Positions 50,563-59,979 of a DNA stretch of 64,000 nucleotides are shown in pieces. The stretch lies in NCBI GenBank assembly GCA_043825875.1, contig JBDRRF010000051.1, positions 32,001 to 96,000 on the forward strand, written 5' to 3'. The notes under the pieces were generated by a model. It was not told the DNA's origin. It did not search any database and saw nothing but the letters and a program-made list of their open reading frames with translations. Every line of letters begins with the position of its first letter. The first letter of the stretch is position 1. The position numbers and the translations under genes are program-made. The stretch is from Pseudomonadota bacterium. GTDB taxonomy: Bacteria; Desulfobacterota; Desulfobacteria; Desulfobacterales; RPRI01.

Positions 50563-50964
50563 TTATCTATCGCATTCGACATTTACTGTTTCAGGATTAC
50601 ATTCACCATTATAACTCCAGCAATCTATACGCCCTTCCGTACACAACCAATCGGTTAAGATTAATTTCTTACCATCAGATACACTGACTATAAAACCATC
50701 AGCAGTATTTTTAATTATAACCGGATAAGGAAGCAGTCTATCGTACATCGGTTTATAGTTTTCTTTTAATAGGTCTTTATACTCCTTTTCCTGTATGAAT
50801 TCAGGCCGATCTTTGTAGTACTTAACCATAAGATAATCATTGGCTGTCAGAACAGCAGTGCCTACGGGCTGATACTTTTCGTCATAATTTAATTGCATAC
50901 TGCTGCATGAACATATGAAGAGACTCAATAAAATAAATATTATGATTTTTGGATATCTTTTCAT
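50563..50964 (-). CDS. Hypothetical lipoprotein
   Basis: MKRYPK plus a hydrophobic stretch and an ICSC lipobox; starts 1 nt after the PLC stop. Confidence 0.75.
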   Translation of the reverse strand: MKRYPKIIIFILLSLFICSCSSMQLNYDEKYQPVGTAVLTANDYLMVKYYKDRPEFIQEKEYKDLLKENYKPMYDRLLPYPVIIKNTADGFIVSVSDGKKLILTDWLCTEGRIDCWSYNGECNPETVNVECDR

Positions 50965-50965
50965 T

Positions 50966-51883
50966 TCAACTCCAGTATGTTCTTATTTCGGTATCCTGAT
51001 CAATACCGGTGTCAAGATTCCAGTTTGGAATAATATTGGCGATATTTTCTGTTGAAAAAAGTGAACGCTCTATTTTTGACCAGACAGTTACCAGGTTTTT
51101 TACAGCATGATCAAATCCTTGTTCACGAAATGAGCCTGTCTGTCCATTTGGCAGTTGAACGCTTGTATAATATTTTTTTACCAGTTCAGGCGAATTCTTT
51201 TTGATATCGCTGTGTGTGCGATAAACATAATCCAAGCCGAAATGTCGAAATGCTTTTGCAATCGCATTTCCACCTTCGGCTGTGTCTATTTCTTTTACAT
51301 AAGAATCAATAATTTTCTTTGCAGGAAAACTACCTGCCATTGGACAATTTACTTCTGCATGTGCAGCCCAAAAAAAAGCCACTTTTTCAAATGAGGGATG
51401 CTTGATACATGCTTTTAAAACATCCGAATATTCGGCAGCATACAATTCAAGATTCATAACATCTTTTAAGATCATCACATCCTGAATCATTTCACATTGC
51501 CTATGATTGTTACGTGTATCTTTATCAGTATATGGCCCGACAATACTTTCGACAATAGGATGAATTGTGGCATCTGCTACAAGATGACCGACAAAACCCA
51601 ATAGCCAGGCCATTTGATAATTCCATATTTTCCCTTTTGTCTTTGCTGCACTCAATGAATGAAGAGCATTTTTTACAATTCCGTTTGTCTTATGATAGTG
51701 TATTATATCAGCCCAGGCAAAACCTCCCATAGCAAGATGCGCCAGGTAAGGTATATCCGGGCTCACGCTGCCTAATGTTAGAAAATTTTTATTTTCGCGA
51801 AGTATTTTCCCAAACTTTTGATCAACGGCAAATGATTTGATAGCACTTGCCACAATCGCCATATGAGTATATGCGCCAGCCAT
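50966..51883 (-). CDS. Zinc-dependent phospholipase C/P1-nuclease fold protein
   Basis: MAGAYTH, LGSVSPDIPY, ADIIHY, LGFVGHLVADATIHP, HRQCE..QD. Confidence 0.85.
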   Translation of the reverse strand: MAGAYTHMAIVASAIKSFAVDQKFGKILRENKNFLTLGSVSPDIPYLAHLAMGGFAWADIIHYHKTNGIVKNALHSLSAAKTKGKIWNYQMAWLLGFVGHLVADATIHPIVESIVGPYTDKDTRNNHRQCEMIQDVMILKDVMNLELYAAEYSDVLKACIKHPSFEKVAFFWAAHAEVNCPMAGSFPAKKIIDSYVKEIDTAEGGNAIAKAFRHFGLDYVYRTHSDIKKNSPELVKKYYTSVQLPNGQTGSFREQGFDHAVKNLVTVWSKIERSLFSTENIANIIPNWNLDTGIDQDTEIRTYWS

Positions 51884-51920
51884 ATTAACCTCTTCTTCTT
51901 ATTTTCTAAACGAATAGCAT

Positions 51921-52385
51921 TTATTCTTCATCTTCTTCATCATAGTCCGGATATTGCGGTGGAGATTCACCAAACGACTTAATCACCTTAAGATGTTTTT
52001 TCTTCGAATTCGTTTCATCAATATTTTGAACTCGAATTCGATGCCACCAATCATCCCCAAAATCGAAGAGGTAGTGAAAGACATCATTTTCATTCAACCC
52101 AATATCGCCAATTCGGGTCTTTGCTGCAGATTTCCTCTGTTTCCCGAAACCCATTATATCCTCAACATTCTGCGGATGAGTTATTTCGGGAGCATTATAT
52201 ATGCTTCTCATATTCTTTGTATCGTTTCCGGTGATAAAAAAGGAATAAAGATGATGATCGTATCTATCGAATGCCCGGAAAATCGCAGCATGAAAATCAT
52301 CAAAAGTGCAATTATCAGATGCCTCAATTATTCGATATAACTTTGGTATGCCCATGATAGAAATTCTGAACTGGTATTTTTTCAT
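51921..52385 (-). CDS. Plasmid pRiA4b ORF-3 family protein
   Basis: TFDDFHAAI.RAF...HLYSF, YLFDFGDDWWH. Confidence 0.88.
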   Translation of the reverse strand: MKKYQFRISIMGIPKLYRIIEASDNCTFDDFHAAIFRAFDRYDHHLYSFFITGNDTKNMRSIYNAPEITHPQNVEDIMGFGKQRKSAAKTRIGDIGLNENDVFHYLFDFGDDWWHRIRVQNIDETNSKKKHLKVIKSFGESPPQYPDYDEEDEE

Positions 52386-52587
52386 TTTATTACCCCTAAC
52401 AAGCCTGATCTTAAATACCGGTTTTAAACAAAATCCGTTTTTTGAATAACCTTTTTTACCCTAATATCTATTTAAAATCAAATAATTATTGTTAATAACT
52501 TATATATAATATACTTGTTATCAGTGACAAAATGTATTAAATATAGATAATTTCAGAGTTCAGCTTTCGAATTAAAAGGAGATCTTT

Positions 52588-53682
52588 ATGCCAAAAGGAT
52601 TTAAGATTGCCATTAATATGGGCGGAGGAGACGCACCGGGTCTCAACGCTGTTTTAGAAGCCGTGGTTCGCTCAGCCGCTAACAGAAACTGGGAAGTATA
52701 CGGAATCAAGAACAGTTATGAAGGACTTATCGACACAAATGAAATCATATCCTTAACACCTGACAAGGTGTGGCATATTTCAAGCATTGGAGGAGCTTTT
52801 CTGGGAACCACAAACAAAGCCAATCCTTTTAACATGCCTGTTGCCAATGCAGCAGGCGAAATCGAATACAGAGATGTTTCCGACAAAGTTGTGGAAAACT
52901 TCAAACGCCTGCGGCTGGACTGTCTCATTGCTGTTGGCGGTGATGGAAGCCTTGAGATTGCATACAAACTGTTTAAAAAAGGGATTCCTGTAATCGGTGT
53001 ACCAAAGACCATAGACAATGATCTGGTAAATACAAATATAACTTTCGGTTTCGATACGGCTGTAAGCACTGCCACAGAAGCAATTGACCGTTTGCATTCA
53101 ACCGCCAAATCCCATGACCGTGTTATGGTTGTTGAAGTTATGGGAAGAAACGCCGGATGGATTGCTTTAAACAGCGGCATTTCAGGTTCGGCTGATGTTA
53201 TTTTAATCCCTGAAATTCCATTTGATATAGACAAGGTATGCGATCATATTATGGGAAGAGAACTGCATGGTCAACGCTATGCCATAGTCGTTGTAGCTGA
53301 AGGAGCCGTTCCTGTGGGAGGTAAAACAACTAACAAAGGTAAAGGCGAAGCCGGGCGCCAGGATGTTATACTAGGCGGTATAGGCGAGCGTGTTGCAAAA
53401 GAAATCGCGGAAAAAACTGCCAAAGACAGCCGTTTCATGGTACTGGGACATCTCCAGAGAGGAGGATCGCCTACCACATTTGACAGACTTCTTGCACTTC
53501 GCTTCGGGGCCGGGGCATTAAGACTTGTTGAAGAGAAAAAATTCGGCTCAATGATAGCATTGGAATCGCCAAACATCAAAGCGATCCCTCTTAAAGACAT
53601 TATCGGCAAAATTAAACGGGTTCCGCTTGATGGTGATACTATCCTGACAGCCAGAGAAATAGGGATTTGCGTTGGAGACTGA
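52588..53682 (+). CDS. pfkA: 6-phosphofructokinase (ATP-dependent signature)
   Basis: GGDAPGLN, GGDG, PKTIDND, TFGFDT, VEVMGRNAG, LGHLQRGG. Confidence 0.93.
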   Translation: MPKGFKIAINMGGGDAPGLNAVLEAVVRSAANRNWEVYGIKNSYEGLIDTNEIISLTPDKVWHISSIGGAFLGTTNKANPFNMPVANAAGEIEYRDVSDKVVENFKRLRLDCLIAVGGDGSLEIAYKLFKKGIPVIGVPKTIDNDLVNTNITFGFDTAVSTATEAIDRLHSTAKSHDRVMVVEVMGRNAGWIALNSGISGSADVILIPEIPFDIDKVCDHIMGRELHGQRYAIVVVAEGAVPVGGKTTNKGKGEAGRQDVILGGIGERVAKEIAEKTAKDSRFMVLGHLQRGGSPTTFDRLLALRFGAGALRLVEEKKFGSMIALESPNIKAIPLKDIIGKIKRVPLDGDTILTAREIGICVGD

Positions 53683-54925
53683 AAAGCACTCAGCACTTGA
53701 AATTATATTCCGTTCTCTTAAACATAAAAATTTTCGTCTTTTTTTCGCAGGACAAAGCTTCTCACTTATCGGCACATGGATACAACGAATAGCAATATCC
53801 TGGCTGGTGTATAAACTCACAAATTCCGTATTCTTATTGGGCGTGGTCGGCTTTTGTGACCAGATTTCCACATTTTTACTATCCCCTCTTGCCGGGGTTT
53901 TGACAGACCGGTGGAATCGCTATCATATTTTAATAGCCACTCAGTTTCTGGCGGCATTACAAGCTTTAATCCTGGTGTATATTTATTTCTACGGGAATAT
54001 TAACATCTGGCACATCATCATCTTAAGCATATTTCTTGGTTCTATCAATGCTTTCGACATTCCTGCCCGGCATTCGCTTCTTTTGGAAATGATAGAAAAA
54101 AAAGAAGACCTTGGAAATGCAATCGCCTTAAATTCTTCCATGTTTAACGCAGCACGGCTGTTGGGACCATCAATTGCGGGCATATTAATTGCCACAACAG
54201 GCGAAGGCATATGTTTTATCATAAATGCATTGAGCTATATTGTAATTGTAACTTCATTATTGAAAATGAACATTGCCCCAAGGATAATAAACAAGAAAAC
54301 CACACATGTTTTTACAGAGTTAAAAGAAGGCTTTTCTTATGCTTTTAGTTTCAGACCACTAAAAAATATTATACTTCTTTTCGCCCTGGTAGGTTTAATG
54401 GGAATGCCTTATTCAGTTCTTCTGCCGGCTTTCGCTAAAGAAATACTTCATGGCAGTTCCGATACATACGGATTTCTCATGGGAGCTTCAGGTTTAGGGG
54501 CTTTAATGGGGGCACTTTATCTTGCATCCAAAAACAGCATCCGGGGGCTTTGGAAAATTATTCCTTCTTCTACAAGCATTTTCGGTATTGGTTTGATTTT
54601 ATTTTCTTTTTCACGTTCCTTTTTGCTTTCAATGGCATTAATGGTTTTAATAGGATTTGGCATGATGCTGCAAATGGCCTCAAGCAACACTATTTTACAA
54701 ACTATAGTTGAAGATGATAAACGTGGCCGGGTTCTTAGTATTTATATAATGGCGCTTATGGGCACAGTTCCTTTCGGGAGCCTTTTAGCCGGTGGGACAG
54801 CAAAGTATTTAGGTGTGCCGTTTACTTTGTCAATTGGGGGAATAACATGTGTTTTAGGTGCTCTCATCTTTGCAAAAAAACTTCCCGAACTAAGAGAAAC
54901 AGTCCATAAGTTCGCAAACTTATAG
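53672..54925 (+). CDS. MFS transporter (MFS_3-like)
   Basis: NFRLFFAGQ..SLIGTW.Q, NAIALNSSMFNAAR..GP, RGRV. Confidence 0.88.
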   Translation: METEKHSALEIIFRSLKHKNFRLFFAGQSFSLIGTWIQRIAISWLVYKLTNSVFLLGVVGFCDQISTFLLSPLAGVLTDRWNRYHILIATQFLAALQALILVYIYFYGNINIWHIIILSIFLGSINAFDIPARHSLLLEMIEKKEDLGNAIALNSSMFNAARLLGPSIAGILIATTGEGICFIINALSYIVIVTSLLKMNIAPRIINKKTTHVFTELKEGFSYAFSFRPLKNIILLFALVGLMGMPYSVLLPAFAKEILHGSSDTYGFLMGASGLGALMGALYLASKNSIRGLWKIIPSSTSIFGIGLILFSFSRSFLLSMALMVLIGFGMMLQMASSNTILQTIVEDDKRGRVLSIYIMALMGTVPFGSLLAGGTAKYLGVPFTLSIGGITCVLGALIFAKKLPELRETVHKFANL

Positions 54926-55036
54926 GCTATCAAGCTCCTAATTTTACAAGGAGCCCTTGACCATATATTTTTAATGATGTATCAATATGTTATATTAATT
55001 ATTCAGCAAACCATCAAATTTCAATCAGGAGAAAAA

Positions 55037-55633
55037 ATGAAAAGAAATTATTTATTTGTTTTAATGGGACTTATACTTCTTCTCTCACTCACGGGCTGCG
55101 GATACAACAAAATGCAGGCCAATGAGGAGCGGGTCTTTGCAGCATGGGGGGATGTTGAAGCAAGTTATCAGCGCCGTCTTGACCTGATACCCAATCTTGT
55201 CGAAGTAGTAAAAGGCTATGCAAAACATGAGGCCTCTACATTAACTGCTGTTACCGAAGCAAGGGCTAAAGTTGGCTCGATGCAGCTTTCAAAAGATATG
55301 ATTAATGATCCTGAAGCATTGGGAAAATTTCAGCAGGCTCAGGGCCAGCTTTCAGGTGCCCTTTCGCGACTTATGGTTGTAGTTGAAAGATATCCTGATT
55401 TGAAGGCAAACCAAAATTTTATGGATTTGCAGAATCAGCTTGAAGGAACCGAAAACAGGATAAATGTTGCAAGAGTAAGGTATAACAAGGCTGTGCAGGA
55501 TTTCAATACCAGCATCAGAATTTTCCCCAACTCACTCACAAACTCTCTTATGCTTCATCTTAAACGCAAAGAACCTTTTAAAGCAGATGAAGCAGCAAAA
55601 AGCGCACCCAAAGTTAATTTTTCAATGCAATAA
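55037..55633 (+). CDS. lemA: LemA family lipoprotein
   Basis: [47 protein letters not shown]. Confidence 0.95.
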   Translation: MKRNYLFVLMGLILLLSLTGCGYNKMQANEERVFAAWGDVEASYQRRLDLIPNLVEVVKGYAKHEASTLTAVTEARAKVGSMQLSKDMINDPEALGKFQQAQGQLSGALSRLMVVVERYPDLKANQNFMDLQNQLEGTENRINVARVRYNKAVQDFNTSIRIFPNSLTNSLMLHLKRKEPFKADEAAKSAPKVNFSMQ

Positions 55634-55648
55634 AAAAGGAAGTAATAC

Positions 55649-56521
55649 ATGAAATACTGGTTGGTTGCACTTCTATTAATAATTATTCCATATCAAGCCG
55701 AAGCGCTTGATGTTCCGCAACTGAAAGGGAGAGTGAATGACTATGCCGCCATACTCTCTCCTCAAACAATCCAGGTACTGGATGCAAAACTATCAGCGCT
55801 TGAACAAAGCGATTCAACACAGGTAGTGGTGCTTACAATTCCGTCTCTTGAAGGAGAAAGTCTGGAAGAATTTTCCATAAAAGTTGCCGAAACCTGGAAA
55901 ATAGGTCAGAAAAATCTGGATAACGGCGCTATTCTTCTTGTTTCAAAAAATGACCGCAAACTAAGAATTGAAGTGGGACAAGGGCTTGAAGGAAAACTTA
56001 CGGATCTTATGTCCGGCAGGATTATACGCAATGAGATTATTCCCAGATTTAAACAAGGTGATTTTAATGGCGGAATTTTAGCCGGTGCAAATGCCATTGT
56101 GTCTGTAGTTAAAGGCGAATATGTCGCATCAAGATCGAAAACCGGTAAGGAGCAAGGCAAAACACCAATATTTGCGCTACTTATTTTTCTGTTTGTTATA
56201 ACTGCGGCTTTATCAAATATTTCAAAAGTCCTTGGCGGTGTAACTGGCGCTATACTTCTTCCTGTAGTATCTCTTATTTCATTTGGCGGGTTATCCATGT
56301 TATTGCTTGGCCTTCTTGCAATAGGCGGATTTGGTTTCGGTCTTTTTTCAGGAGCTGTTTCAGGTGGAACCGGAAGACATCATCCGGGAGGTTTTATAGG
56401 CGGCGGTTTCGGAGGAGGCGGCTTTGGAGGTGGAGGTTTCGGAGGCGGTGGCTTTGGAGGTGGTGGCTTTGGAGGTGGTGGCGGAGGTTTTGGCGGAGGC
56501 GGATCATCAGGAGGCTGGTAA
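55649..56521 (+). CDS. TPM-domain protein (YgcG family) with Gly-rich tail
   Basis: GRVNDYA, DNGAILLV...DRKLRIEVG.GLEG.LTD; (GGGGF)n...GGGGSSGGW tail. Confidence 0.92.
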   Translation: MKYWLVALLLIIIPYQAEALDVPQLKGRVNDYAAILSPQTIQVLDAKLSALEQSDSTQVVVLTIPSLEGESLEEFSIKVAETWKIGQKNLDNGAILLVSKNDRKLRIEVGQGLEGKLTDLMSGRIIRNEIIPRFKQGDFNGGILAGANAIVSVVKGEYVASRSKTGKEQGKTPIFALLIFLFVITAALSNISKVLGGVTGAILLPVVSLISFGGLSMLLLGLLAIGGFGFGLFSGAVSGGTGRHHPGGFIGGGFGGGGFGGGGFGGGGFGGGGFGGGGGGFGGGGSSGGW

Positions 56522-56533
56522 AAGGAAATAATT

Positions 56534-57247
56534 ATGACAACTAAAGCATCAGAATTTTTCACACCGGAAGATAAACAGTGTATCTCAAACAGCATTATGG
56601 AAGCTGAAACTAATACTTCCGGTGAAATAGCAATAATGGTTCTGGACTCAAGCGATTCATACAAAGAAGCCGAAATGTTGGGGGCTTTTGTTCTTTCAAG
56701 CTTTTCTGCGCTTATTTTGGAAATTATTAAATCATATTATATTGCAATAAAAGCTGCCGACTGGAGCTATAATTTGTCAGGCTTTTCAGCTCATTTTTTA
56801 GCGGAAGCTTTTGGACATACCAGCATCTGGACTTATATCCCTATATTATTTATCCTGTATTTTCCCGTAAAATTCATATTTTCAAAAACCCCAAAAATGA
56901 AAATACCTTTTTTATCAGGTAAAAGAATTGAAGAGGCGGTAAAAGAACGGGCTGTAAGAGCATTTTATGAAAAAGGATTATATAAAACACGGGATGAAAC
57001 CGGAATTCTTATTTTCATTTCAATATTGGAACACCGGGTATGGATTTTAGGAGATAAAGGGATAAATGAAAAAATAGCGCCAGAATTCTGGAGCAAAATA
57101 GCAAAAAAGCTTTCGGAAGGAATAAAGAAAAAAGAACAGGGAAAAGCTACATGCCATGCCATAGAAGAATGCGGCAAGGAATTAGCAAAGTATTTTCCGA
57201 TCAAACATGATGATACGAATGAGCTTAGTAATGAGGTGATGCTTTAA
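56534..57247 (+). CDS. TPM-domain membrane protein
   Basis: EAE.NTSGEI, TGILIFIS.LEH.V.ILGDKGI, NEL.N. Confidence 0.88.
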   Translation: MTTKASEFFTPEDKQCISNSIMEAETNTSGEIAIMVLDSSDSYKEAEMLGAFVLSSFSALILEIIKSYYIAIKAADWSYNLSGFSAHFLAEAFGHTSIWTYIPILFILYFPVKFIFSKTPKMKIPFLSGKRIEEAVKERAVRAFYEKGLYKTRDETGILIFISILEHRVWILGDKGINEKIAPEFWSKIAKKLSEGIKKKEQGKATCHAIEECGKELAKYFPIKHDDTNELSNEVML

Positions 57248-57255
57248 AGATCATA

Positions 57256-57495
57256 TTAAACTATTGCTTCTGATTGGCTATTCTGGATGGCATTTTGAGC
57301 AGCGTGAACAAGAAAGGAAGATCTTGACATGCCGCGCTTTTTAGCTGCGGCATCAATTTTTTTAAGAATCATTTCAGGAACAGTAATATTTACCCTCACG
57401 GTTCTGGTTTTGGTATCAGGGATCTCAACCACCAAATAAGCCACAGCATCAACAAAATCCGTATCAGCCATAATTTCTTCAAGCTTTGAAGGAGC
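57256..57495 (-). pseudogene. hicB: HicB antitoxin C-terminal remnant (RHH domain)
   Basis: APSKLEEIMAD...VRVNITVPE..LKKID.AAKKRGMSRSSFL; the N-terminal HicB domain (SFPD.PGC) and hicA are absent. Confidence 0.75.
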
Positions 57496-57523
57496 CAGGC
57501 CGGGGGACGCTGCCTGCTCGATT

Positions 57524-58021
57524 TTACTTCCTGGGTTCTTTTTGCTCCGCTGTGTTTTGCCGTTTAGTATGCCTGTCTCCTGAGGCATTAGCATTCCGTT
57601 GATGGCCCTGTTTATGGCCTCGTCCGATGGTAGGTTTAACCGGGTAGTATACAATTGGCCTGTTTTCAATTTCTTTAATTTTTTCAGAAAGCTCTGCTAT
57701 TTTTTTCTCTAATTTCTCTTTTTCGTCCTTTTGTTTTTCCTCTTCAACCCTTCTGATTTTTTTCTGTTCGATCTCAAGCTTATGTTGGCGAACCTGATTC
57801 TTGGCGTCTTCTACCAGAGCTGTGTAACCAGGGCGGATTTTTTCGGATTCGGGGGAACTTGGTATGGCTTTGGTTTTATCGTATTTTATACCATCATGTG
57901 GTTTTTGGTTACCAAAATGTTTGACGCCTTTATCATCTGTCCATGAGTAGACATTTTCATCCGCAAACACCTGATAGACACACAATATAATTAAAACAAA
58001 TATTATTGTTATTTTTTTCAT
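57524..58021 (-). CDS. DUF4124-domain exported protein (C-terminus possibly disrupted)
   Basis: Signal peptide plus VYSWTDDKGVKHFGN.KP and a coiled coil. Confidence 0.75.
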   Translation of the reverse strand: MKKITIIFVLIILCVYQVFADENVYSWTDDKGVKHFGNQKPHDGIKYDKTKAIPSSPESEKIRPGYTALVEDAKNQVRQHKLEIEQKKIRRVEEEKQKDEKEKLEKKIAELSEKIKEIENRPIVYYPVKPTIGRGHKQGHQRNANASGDRHTKRQNTAEQKEPRK

Positions 58022-58086
58022 TTTATCCCCTCCATCATTTTCAAATATATAATACATTTTTCTTTTCTGCACAAGTTCATGCGAAA

Positions 58087-58299
58087 AGACTGTGCCACAA
58101 TTAGAAAAAATGCCATTCCGAACGTATGTGAGGAATCTTAAAATGCTGAATTTACATAAACCAAGATTTCTCGCTTCGCTTCGAAATGACATAAATATGA
58201 ATTACGATACAGTCTCTAAGGCAGAGCACGAAGTGACACGTAGTGAAGCATAAGCGCTAACAATTTCATTGCTGGATACCGGATCAAGTCCGGTATGAC
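58087..58299. repeat. Cluster of REP-like palindromic elements
   Basis: AGACTGTGCCACAATT/AATTACGATACAGTCT encloses GCCATTCCGAAC..GAGGAATCT..AGATTTCTC..TTCGAAATGAC; then GCACGAAGTGA..AGCATAAGCGCTA; then GGATACCGGATCAAGTCCGGTATGAC. Confidence 0.7.
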
Positions 58300-58324
58300 G
58301 GCTTGTGGTGTTTGTACAAAACCC

Positions 58325-58348
58325 TTAATTCCAAATGCGGTTACCCTG
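58325..58348. repeat. 24-bp exact repeat, second copy
   Basis: Identical to 23598-23621. Confidence 0.65.
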
Positions 58349-58463
58349 CCCTATCCCTTTGTTCTTGTTGACTTTTGCTGTTGTTACTGTTATTTAAAAT
58401 AAATCTATCATGTTATCATCACAACTTTGTGTTTTACGAAAATACTTTAAACTTTAAACAAAC

Positions 58464-58605
58464 GAGCCACTTTCAAAACGTTTCAGTTTGGTCAAGGTCA
58501 AGGCGGGTTAAAATTTTAACCGCAGGAATACATAGAGTATTTCGAGGATTAAAATTTTAACCCAACGCAGAGATCGGCCATAATGGGACGTTTTGAAAGT
58601 GGCTC
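58464..58605. repeat. 142-bp palindromic element, copy 4
   Basis: GAGCCACTTTCAAAACGT...ACGTTTTGAAAGTGGCTC, perfect 18-bp terminal inverted repeat. Confidence 0.9.
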
Positions 58606-58621
58606 ATAGAGATATATTTTT

Positions 58622-59884
58622 ATGCCAGCCGAGTGTACTTCAAAGCCAAATAACTTTTCCGTTTCAATAGAGTCAGGTCTGGATCAATACTGCAAGGCAA
58701 CCCATCCAATCCGTTATGGAAATTATATAAGGATTCGAACACAAGATTATGAATATATTTTTGATTTAAACGGAAAGGTAAAAATAATCAGCGGGAAGCA
58801 ACATAGCAATTGGTCTCGTGAAGACTGGCTGAAACGCACAAAAGGAAATGACTGGGTATTTTATACTGCTGGTATGGGCTACAGCAATGCTTATGCATAT
58901 GAAGGCGAATACTATACAGTATGCCCCGATTATAATTCCAACTCGATTTTCGACTACAAGCCATTTGAAAGCCAATATGTCATAGATGCTCTTGACTCCC
59001 TTCAATTCTTTGTACGTAATTTAAAGGATATTATCGATGAACCGGCTTTTTCGGAAAATAAAATACTGCTTAAAAAAATAATTAATAACAATTCCGGCTT
59101 GTCCGAACCCGATATTCACAGCATCATTAAAAGCTCTATATCTGTGCTTCCGCCTGACACCCGGCATTCGGATTACGATGTGATCCCTGTGATTATCGCA
59201 GATGGATGCATATACAACTGTGATTTTTGTTCGGTCAAATCCAATGAAAAAATCAATATACGAAGCGAAGCGGATATCGCCCGGCAGATAAATGAATTAA
59301 GAGCGTTTTACGGCGAAGATATTATCAACTATAATTCAGTATTTCTCGGCAATCATGATGCTTTGGTTGCCAAGGAAAGTATTATGGCATTTGCAATAAA
59401 CGAATCTTATAAACTCATAAAAAACACCGTGATGCTCGATAATTATCTTTATTTATTCGGCAGCATCTTTTCATTACTTAATGCTGATGAAAAGATTTTC
59501 AGCATACTGGATGACTCCCAGTTTCACACTTATATCAATATCGGCTTTGAATCGTTTGACCAAACAACACTTGATTTAATCGGCAAACCCGTAAAAGCTG
59601 ATGATTCGAAAAAAGCTTTTTTGCGTATGATTGAAATCAACAGAAAATACAGCAGTATTGAAATTACCGGAAATTTGATTATAGGTTCACAACTACCCGA
59701 GTCTCATTTAATTTCCATGCAAGACTTTATAAATAAAAACATTATTGACCGTCCTGCCAAAGGCTGTCTTTATCTTTCTCCATTGTTAGGTGAATATAAT
59801 AATAACGAGATCAAGAGAAAGTTTCACACAATCAAATATAGCATTCAAATGCCGGTGTATATTTACCTCATTCAAAGATTATAG
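58622..59884 (+). CDS. Radical SAM protein with a long N-terminal extension, function unknown
   Basis: ADGCIYNCDFCSVK, INIGFESFD. Confidence 0.8.
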   Translation: MPAECTSKPNNFSVSIESGLDQYCKATHPIRYGNYIRIRTQDYEYIFDLNGKVKIISGKQHSNWSREDWLKRTKGNDWVFYTAGMGYSNAYAYEGEYYTVCPDYNSNSIFDYKPFESQYVIDALDSLQFFVRNLKDIIDEPAFSENKILLKKIINNNSGLSEPDIHSIIKSSISVLPPDTRHSDYDVIPVIIADGCIYNCDFCSVKSNEKINIRSEADIARQINELRAFYGEDIINYNSVFLGNHDALVAKESIMAFAINESYKLIKNTVMLDNYLYLFGSIFSLLNADEKIFSILDDSQFHTYINIGFESFDQTTLDLIGKPVKADDSKKAFLRMIEINRKYSSIEITGNLIIGSQLPESHLISMQDFINKNIIDRPAKGCLYLSPLLGEYNNNEIKRKFHTIKYSIQMPVYIYLIQRL

Positions 59885-59979
59885 AAATCATACCCATACA
59901 ATGGAACAAAAACGCTCATCAATATACAAGCCGGCAGTTCATCAATTATACTTATAGGCTTAATGGGTTACAAACCATC

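Noticed and set aside
56380..56664. Pro-rich antisense ORF (PPPPK repeats)
   Set aside because: Mirror of the Gly-rich tail of the TPM protein.
58081..58098. Sigma-54 promoter (TGGCAC) upstream of the DUF4124 gene
   Set aside because: GG-to-GC spacing is wrong, and the sequence is part of a repeat arm.
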